Below are positions 56,878 to 64,000 of a DNA stretch of 64,000 bases, piece by piece. This DNA comes from Podospora anserina (lineage: Eukaryota). The notes beneath the pieces were generated by a model, which saw nothing but the letters and a program-made list of their open reading frames with translations, was not told the DNA's origin and searched no databases. A program made the position numbers and the translations under genes. Each line of letters starts with the position of its first letter. The stretch's first letter is position 1. The stretch is from positions 62,001 through 126,000 of the forward strand of contig CM030334.1 in the NCBI GenBank assembly GCA_017654855.1, given 5' to 3'.

Positions 56878-58969
56878 ATGTCGGCGCCCCGGAGGCTGGG
56901 AGGTGGCCGCATCCTGGGCAGCGGCAGCAAGGGGCTCGCCCCGCCCTCGTCGTCATCCTCGACTCCCGCTCCAGGAGGTGCCAACCCACGACGGGCCAGC
57001 GCCAACACAGCTCGCGCCGTGAGCCCATTCCCGCCCTCGGAAAGCAGTGTTAGCGTCGGCTCGTATCATTCGAGACTCTCGTCTCCCAACTCCCTCTCGC
57101 CGCCTTTGTCCAGCACGCTTCCGCCCTTCGCCCAGGATCTCGTCTCCCATGTCAGCCTCGCCGGTCCCTCGAACCGCGCCATCAGCAGCGGAGGGCTGGT
57201 TTGCCCAATATGCAACGAGGAAATGGTTACTCTGCTCCAGCTCAACCGCCACCTAGACGACGTGCACCAGGAGCTCCCCGAGGCCGAGCAGGACGAGGTC
57301 AAATCGTGGTTCGACAAGCAGGTGCTCAAAGCCAAGCGGTTCCAGCCGCTGTCTCTGATCAACCAGAAGCTACGCGGCATGGACGTGTTCGAGTCCAACG
57401 AAAGCCAACCTGTCTCAGCGCCGGCAGCCCCAGGCCGGATTGCAGAAACTGTTATCGATCCCGAGGAGCTGGTGACGAGGAAACACTGGCAGAGGCCATC
57501 GGGCAACGACACATGCACAGACCCGACATGCGATAGGAAATTGGGACCGCTGAGCGGCAGCGTAAATTGCAGGAAGTGCGGGAGGTTGTTCTGCGAGGAG
57601 CACACAATGTACCAGATGAAGCTGTCGAGGTCAGCCAACCACGAACCGGTCCGGGGCATCTGGTGTCGCGTGTGCGAGACGTGCTACAAGTCGAGGGGGG
57701 GCTACAATGACCACAATGGTGTTTCACGAGACCATACGGCGGACTTTGCTGCCGTGCGTGCCAGGAAGGTGGAGAGGCAACGCCTCGAGGTCCAGAGGCT
57801 GGAGAAGAGGTTGACCAAGCTGACTAGGCTGTTGGCCGAGGGGCCTCAGGACGCGGGTGTCAACTCGGCGTTGCTATCACCGCTCGGCGGGGCAAAACAC
57901 ATCAGAAAGACTATTGAGCAATCTGTGGTGGCTTGGGAAGAAGATGCGTCTGTGGCGAGGTGCCCGTTCTGCAAGCAAGAGTTTCGGTCTTGGACGTTTA
58001 GGAGGCATCACTGCAGGATATGTGGCAGGGTTGTGTGTGCGGATCCGGCGACGGGGTGTTCGAGTGAGATTGGATTCAATGTCGCAACCCGCATGTGCTT
58101 GCTCGTCCGATGGCTCAAGAATCTGTGCTAACTGTTCGGTAGCAACCGCTTTGCCCGCAGCCGAGAAGCCAACCGGTGGTGGCCATGTCAGTGTCGATGT
58201 CAGGATGTGCTGCGACTGCAAGACGACCATTTTCTCACACCGAGATTTTACTGATTCGATTACCCACAAGCCTCCGGATCAGATCGCGTACGAGAACCTA
58301 CGCCAGTTTGAGCTGGGCATCCGAAACATGATGCCAAAATTCCACAAAGCACTGGTGGCATTGCAGCCGCCTGACGATAACAGCAACAAACCACCGCCAA
58401 CACACGCCGAGATCCAGCACGCTGCCAGCATTCGCAAGCGCCTCACATACTCGTTTCGCCAATATGGCGAGGCAGCAAAGCGCATTCAGAACATGCCCAC
58501 CGACAGCCCTACGCAACGGATGCTTCAACAAAAGATTTATGCCGCTGCTTCGGCCTTCATGCACACCAATATGCTTCCCCTGAAGAGCCTGCCATCTATT
58601 TTGAAAGCCAGCGGGCCGGGCCACCGGCGCTTGCTCTCCAACGGGCCGTCGCACTCGCCCCTGCGAAACGGCGAGTCGGCCACATTCGATGCCGAAACTT
58701 CCAGCGTGGGAGGGGCGAGCGAGGTCAGCACCGCCGTGTCGGCTCTCGAGACAGAGGAGAAGGAGGCAAAGGAGAAGCTGATTGTCTTGGAGGAGCAGCG
58801 GTTTATGGTGCACGAGATGCTCAATCATGCAAGGGCGGCGAGGAGATTCGAGGAGGTCACGGCGTTGACCAAGAACATCGAGGAGCTGGACAGGGAAATT
58901 GAAAGCTCAAAACGAACTGTGGCCGATGTTGCGGAGAAGTTCCAGGGGCTTTATGTTGGAGGAGCATGA
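56878..58969 (+). CDS. pep7: Vacuolar segregation protein Pep7/Vac1 (rabenosyn; C2H2 and FYVE zinc fingers), 2 exons
   Basis: CPICNEEMVTLLQLNRHLDDVH, NCRKCGRLFCEEH, RRHHCRICGRVVC, C-terminal ARRFEEVTALTKN. Intron 58091-58142. Confidence 0.9.
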
Positions 58970-59179
58970 GGCGGCGACAGAGAGGAAGGATGAGTATTTA
59001 GCGGGCATGGCTCGGAGTTTGGGAGTCATCTTTTGTGCCAAGGACAGCTGGTTGGAACGAACCAAAACATGGGAATATCAATCTACGCTTCGGATATTCA
59101 TCGCAAGCCCGGGGCGATCTTAGCTTGTCGATGTCAAGCAGACCCCACTGCTGTCTTTTCGAGCTCAAAAGAGCGGTTG

Positions 59180-59901
59180 ACAGACGGGGTGGCACTGTCA
59201 CGGCTAGGTCAAGACACAAGCTCGAACTGCCCATGGCGCACGAACGCGGCGTCTGTCCGTCTGCCCAAATTAGCGGCCAACCAGACTGCAACCTCCGGAG
59301 CTAAACATCTCGGACACAACTATCTGGCCTGTATTCCGTTCTTGCCGCCGTCTACGTATACTTTTGCATCCCCAAAACCGAAGGCAAGACCCTGGAGGAC
59401 CTGGCGTGCCTCTTTGCCCACGGCTGGCTGAGATTGACGAGCAGAGACACGGGGCCAAGAACAGGGAGTTCCTCCGGAGAGAGGAGGCGTACAACAGGAG
59501 GAGGGCCCGGAGGTTTGTCCGTGTTTGAGTCCGTGGTCAAGTCTCGCGAATGGACGACGTTCAAGGACTGGGTATCGAGGTGTCTGTCTCGCCGGACGAG
59601 GCCGGGGGAAAAGGTTATGTCTCCTGGGCTGCCCCAGGGTTCTTGTGCCTCTGCTACTTCTTCCGCTTCTGTTTCGAGACGGACGTCGGTGGATGACAAG
59701 ACGAATGTGGTTTGCGAGTCGTTCGCCACGGGTCTGGAAGAGCGGTATGGCGAGGATCAGGCAAGCAGATCACGAAAGAGCTTCATCTTTAGTGTCATCG
59801 GGAAGGGGAGGCGGGCGTCCAGCGTGGCGCTTGATGGGTCCATTGCTAGCTCGCCTCGGGATGGTAGTGCGGCAGGTTCGGTGTTTTGGAGCACAACTTA
59901 G
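59180..59901 (+). pseudogene. Degenerate C-terminal fragment of an MFS sugar porter
   Basis: Frame reads NLRS*TSRTQLSGLYSVLAAVYVYFCIPKTEGKTLEDLACLF (59290-59415), resembling TM12 plus the PETKGxTLEE motif. In-frame stop at 59302. No N-terminal half visible. Confidence 0.55.
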
Positions 59902-60559
59902 TGGGAGAGCACTGGCTCAGGATGGTGGAGATCTGCCAACTCCTTCCTCGAATCCTTTGCAGCCGGGCCACCAGATGGCAACGGCGGCCCATTCTGACGT
60001 GGAGGATGCCTCGTCGGAAGGAGCGGTGTCACCTTGCACGCTGGTTCCTCCCAGCGGTAAGAAGCAGAATTTGCCCCTGGCTGTCGTGATTGCAGAAAGT
60101 GGTTTTGTAAAACAAGGCGTGGATGGAAATTGACTGCTTAGATTGATGGAATGGCCCATCGTGGCTGACTTTGGCGGTAAAATAATTGACCACTGTTGGA
60201 TACTTACCTATCACACAAAGGCCCGTGACTCATGATTCTCTTGCCTCTAAAGGAAAAGGAAAAGAAAAAGGGGAAGAAGGAACAGGAAAAGGAAAAGGGG
60301 AAGAAAGGAAAGGAGAAGGAGGAGAGAGAGGACGGGCGTCAGGGCAACCGTGATAGGGTTAGGGTTATACACCGGAGATGTCAGTGTCACCCCGCCAAAG
60401 TGGCCAGTTGATGGATGGAATCGAGGAGGCCAAAATCTAAGCAATATTCACCAAAACACATCTTCAACAGTGCCTTCACGCGCCGATTACAAGTCTCCAT
60501 CATCCATTCACATTACCTTTCAGTCATTGTGATTCCCCATCATCTTCCGACGCGACAAA

Positions 60560-61846
60560 ATGCCACCCTCACCCCCGCCCACCATACCCCCCACCGCCAA
60601 TCCAGACCACTCCAACATCACAATCTCCACCTCCCCAACCGACGACTACCGCCCCAGGTACAGATTCTACAACAACACCTTCTCCCTCCACCGCGTCTCC
60701 CCCCTCTACCTGGGACCCGAGCCCGACCACAGCGGCGGCGCCGACCCTCCCCCCACCACCATTGGCCCAGCCCAGCTCCGCCTCGTCGCCCAGCGACTGC
60801 GGGATGTGCTTGTCGGGGATGTCGCCCGAGGCGTGGAGGTCGGTCTCACAGCTACAGACAGCGACAGCGCCAGCAAGATCGCCAACAGCATGGGCAGCCT
60901 CGAAGTGGTGGTGGTGAGACCTGTAGAGGCGGCTGATTTGCTCGATGTGAGTCTGGAAAAGATGAAGGATCAGTACCGGCAGGACGAAGGGAGCCAAGAG
61001 CTGGCGCGTTCGTGGCGCGCGCTGGAGGCGAGGGTCAAGGGAAAGCTGGGGTTGGCGATAGAGCTGGTGTATGAGCATTCGATGGGCCTGGCGTTTCTCT
61101 TGCCTGACCTGTCCAAGTCGTCGGCGTTGGCGCCTGGTGCGGCGGATGATGAGACGGGGACGGGCCGGTTTCTGTGGCTGCCGGTCATGTTGACGAGGAT
61201 GCCTGCTCCGGTCAGGGTGGCGGTGACGCAGTTTTTGGAGAGGGAGTTTGACTGCAAGATTAGTCCGACCAGGTTTGGAACCAGGACGATGGTGGGGGGG
61301 TTGGAGAGGTGGATGGAGACGTTGGAGAGGAACAAGAAGGAACAGGAGAAGGATCTGCTTGTGGCGGTGGGGTTTAACACTGTAGCGATGATGCCGAGGC
61401 AGATGGTGGCGGTGGAGGGGGGGAGGGAGGAGTTGAACAAGCCGGGCTTGGCTACGATTGATGTCATTCTTCCGTGGCGCAAACTGGTCCCGTTTTGGAA
61501 GCGCGGGAAGGAGATGGAGGAGGGGGAGATGCGGAGGAGGTATGAAGAGGGGGGTGTGGAATACAAGGCTTCGGCTGTCACGTTGGCCGGCAAACAGGGG
61601 ATGAGGGAGGAGGGATGGGGGTGGAGGAGCGAGGTTCAACAGCCTTTCCTTGAGGCTCTGTCAATGTACACCAAGAGAACCATCGCGATGGGACTGTTTC
61701 ATCCAGCGGTGCGGATCGTCAAGGTTGGCTGCTCGGGATTCACGGCGGCCGAGGGAAGATTGAAGATCTTTCCTACGATGGACAGGGCTGGGGTGGTAGA
61801 CTTGTTGGCTATGTTGTGTGAGAAGGCTGTTTCGCAGCAGCGTTGA
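60560..61846 (+). CDS. fta1: Kinetochore Sim4-complex subunit Fta1 / CENP-L-like
   Basis: FYNNTFSLHRVSPLY, LRDVLVGDVARGVEVG, LPVMLTRMP, FLEREFDCKI, IVKVGCSGFTAAEGRLKI. Confidence 0.75.
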   Translation: MPPSPPPTIPPTANPDHSNITISTSPTDDYRPRYRFYNNTFSLHRVSPLYLGPEPDHSGGADPPPTTIGPAQLRLVAQRLRDVLVGDVARGVEVGLTATDSDSASKIANSMGSLEVVVVRPVEAADLLDVSLEKMKDQYRQDEGSQELARSWRALEARVKGKLGLAIELVYEHSMGLAFLLPDLSKSSALAPGAADDETGTGRFLWLPVMLTRMPAPVRVAVTQFLEREFDCKISPTRFGTRTMVGGLERWMETLERNKKEQEKDLLVAVGFNTVAMMPRQMVAVEGGREELNKPGLATIDVILPWRKLVPFWKRGKEMEEGEMRRRYEEGGVEYKASAVTLAGKQGMREEGWGWRSEVQQPFLEALSMYTKRTIAMGLFHPAVRIVKVGCSGFTAAEGRLKIFPTMDRAGVVDLLAMLCEKAVSQQR

Positions 61847-62097
61847 GCGAGTGACAGAACGGCGGTACGGGGAGTGGAATTGTATGTTTCTGCGCTGACT
61901 GATGAGGATTTGTTTCGGGACACCAGCGTCATGGTGCAGCGTCAAAGGTGCAGCGTCAAATGTATTTGATTTTCAGTTTCAGGCATAAGAAAAGAGATGT
62001 CAAGATGTGACACGGTCATTCCTACATCCTTTTTATTTATGACTGCTAACTCGAGTGATCCTACAGAAAAGCTCTTACAACCTCCAGGAATGGTCGT

Positions 62098-63038
62098 CTA
62101 TCTCATGAACCCCCTCTTGCCATCACCATCAGCATCCTTCATGGGGTTCAGCCGGTCGAGCAAGCTGGGCTTCGCCTTCTCCGTGTTGATGCTGCTCGAG
62201 CCAAGACCGGTCGTGCCAGTAGTGCTGGAAATGTTCTCTTCGGACGAGGACATGGACGAAGAAGAAGAAATGCCTGATGTACCAGTGGTGGCAGTGCTTC
62301 TGCTGGTGCTCGAAGTCATCTTGTTGGGAGCGGGTCCGCTGCCAATCTCGTGGCCGCAGCCCTGCTGATGCACGCCCTTGGGGCAGCCCTCAAAGGCACC
62401 GTAGCGCTCGGAGCTTCCTCCCAGAGCACCACCCTGCTGCTTGAATTCTTTCATCGACATGGCCGGGAGAGTGGTGGTGCCGTGGTGCTTGGCCTGCTCG
62501 TGGTGGACCTCGTGGATGGGCACCGTGGTGTGGACCACTGAGGGTTGGATGGTCTCCTTGTGAAGAACAGGTTGAATCGTCTCGTGGACGTGGCTGCGAT
62601 GACGAGTCAGTTGGGCTGTTGCTGCAGGCGGGATGTGGGGAAAACATACTGGTGAACCTGCTCACCCTGAACGACGGGGGCGTGGCTCTGCGTGTGGGTG
62701 GTGCCCGTGACGGTGCGCTCATCTTTGAGCTTGCCGGCCTCGGCTCTCAAGGCTCTCTCGGTGGCCTCGTTGTCGCGGTTGTCGAACTCGCGGTTGACGA
62801 CCTTGCCGCGGTTGTGGATGTGCTGCTCGGGAAGGACTTCGGTGTCGTGGATGGGCTGGACCTTGCGATGGTAGTGGTCCTGGTGGACCTCCTTGTCGAT
62901 GGCGGTGTTGATCTCCTCGTGCTGGGTTGGGCGGACGGTTTCCTTCTTCACGGCGGGTGCGACCTGCTCCTCGACGGTGGTGTCGTGGTGACCTGCCTTG
63001 GAGACGAACTCGTCGACGGCTTGCTTTGCTCGATCCAT
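62098..63038 (-). CDS. Conserved His-rich fungal 'allergen'-like stress protein, 2 exons
   Basis: MDRAKQAVDEFVSKAGHHDTTVEE...EVHQDHYH, intron ~62595-62649, HVHETIQPVLHKETIQPSVVHTTVPIHEVHH, LNPMKDADGDGKRGFM. Confidence 0.8.
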
Positions 63039-64000
63039 GATGGTGAGTTGTTTGTTTCGGAAAGAGAGCTGAGGGTGAATTGGTGTGGGGAAGTTGATGG
63101 GTTGCAATAGACGGATCATGGATGGTGGGATGGAGTTCTTATAAGGTAACTCGCTACGGGTAGAACCTGGGGCTGGGGGGCATTGTCAATGGTGACGTTG
63201 GTCGATGACCTCAACCGCCATTGCTAGTGACGTTGACTCGTCTCCCATCTTGCTCGGACTCTGCGGCAGACTAGGTTCGATGTGTTGAGCAGATGCTGGC
63301 CATCTGATCATACATTACATGGTGTAGGTTCGCGGTTCGGGAGTCGTCGGAGGAAACGGTCCTCATCAACAAGGTAGTAAGGGTGGTGTGTTGGAGCCAA
63401 CATGGCCAACCAGTCTCCAGCAAACCCAACGATCGAGAGATCGGCGGATCGCCCGTATCCTCGTGCCTTAGTCCCGGGTCCAGACTCACAGGGCTATTCC
63501 TGGTTGATTGGTTGCAGTAAGGGGGGGGAGAGGGGGGGGGTGCTAGCCACTGCATCACCACACACCTCCAGCACAAAGATCGAAGCTATGGCCACGCATG
63601 ACGCTGTCCAGTGGATCAACAACGCTTACACGCGGGGAGAACCTCCAATCATGACGTTTAGCCTCTTCCAGATGGATACGCTACGATACGTGCTCGGGGA
63701 AGATCCGATCTCAGAGAGCATGGCAACCTACGGCAAGCTATGGCAATGTCCGTTGAACGCCGGCTTCTACCACGACCTAGTCTAGCTTCATCCACCTCAG
63801 CTCCCCCTTCATCGTGAAACATGCTCTCGTGTCGGTCTACTTTGGCAGTATAAGCACCAGTTCAAACTTGGGGAATCAGTATGGGACAGAAGAGCAGTTG
63901 CCTCGCGCACAAACATACCGGTTTAGGAACCGCATCGGCCGAACAGCATCGCCAGCCTGAGAACGGCACAGCCCAGGACCTTCTCAAGGATATCGCCCGG

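Noticed and set aside
29485..61639. Long antisense or overlapping ORFs (e.g. 29485-30174, 40035-40694, 48192-49337, 60569-61639)
   Set aside because: Shadow ORFs of GC-rich real genes on the opposite strand or in another frame.
63402..64000. ORF fragment near the window end (MATHDAVQW...)
   Set aside because: Interrupted by stops, no recognisable domain, truncated by the window.
1..64000. CRISPR arrays, rRNA and tRNA genes
   Set aside because: None seen; the sequence is eukaryotic and the tandem repeats lack spacers. A tRNAscan/Infernal run is needed to exclude small RNAs.

Overview
Eukaryotic filamentous-ascomycete DNA (Sordariales-like; possibly the Podospora anserina complex, inferred from gene style and LTR architecture and not verified). 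Three zones. (1) ~2.0-11.5 kb: an AT-rich, TpA-rich island with the RIP signature. It holds a decayed Ty3/Gypsy chromovirus pol (RT-RNaseH-integrase-chromodomain, minus strand) and several nested solo LTRs, three with exact 5-bp target-site duplications. (2) ~11.5-22.1 kb: a gene-poor, accessory-looking block with a 571-aa orphan ORF, an intact 4-exon AA9 LPMO, a lightly mutated solo LTR and a small RIPed element bounded by direct repeats. (3) ~22.3-64 kb: gene-dense, mostly conserved genes: DUF3176, Egt2-like lyase, PEBP, small Cys-rich secreted protein, beta-propeller, P450, Swi6-like, LYR protein, GNAT, 5'-nucleotidase, Pth11-like receptor, dienelactone hydrolase/SnoaL, GYF protein, Emw1, Met8, Pep7/Vac1, CENP-L/Fta1 and an allergen-like protein. 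I could not support a clearly new multi-gene system. The best leads are the modular LTRs (shared 3' half, unrelated 5' halves), the orphan ORF, the small secreted Cys-rich peptide, a GC-AG intron and two pseudogene relics. All family calls come from motif recognition by eye, with no database searches.
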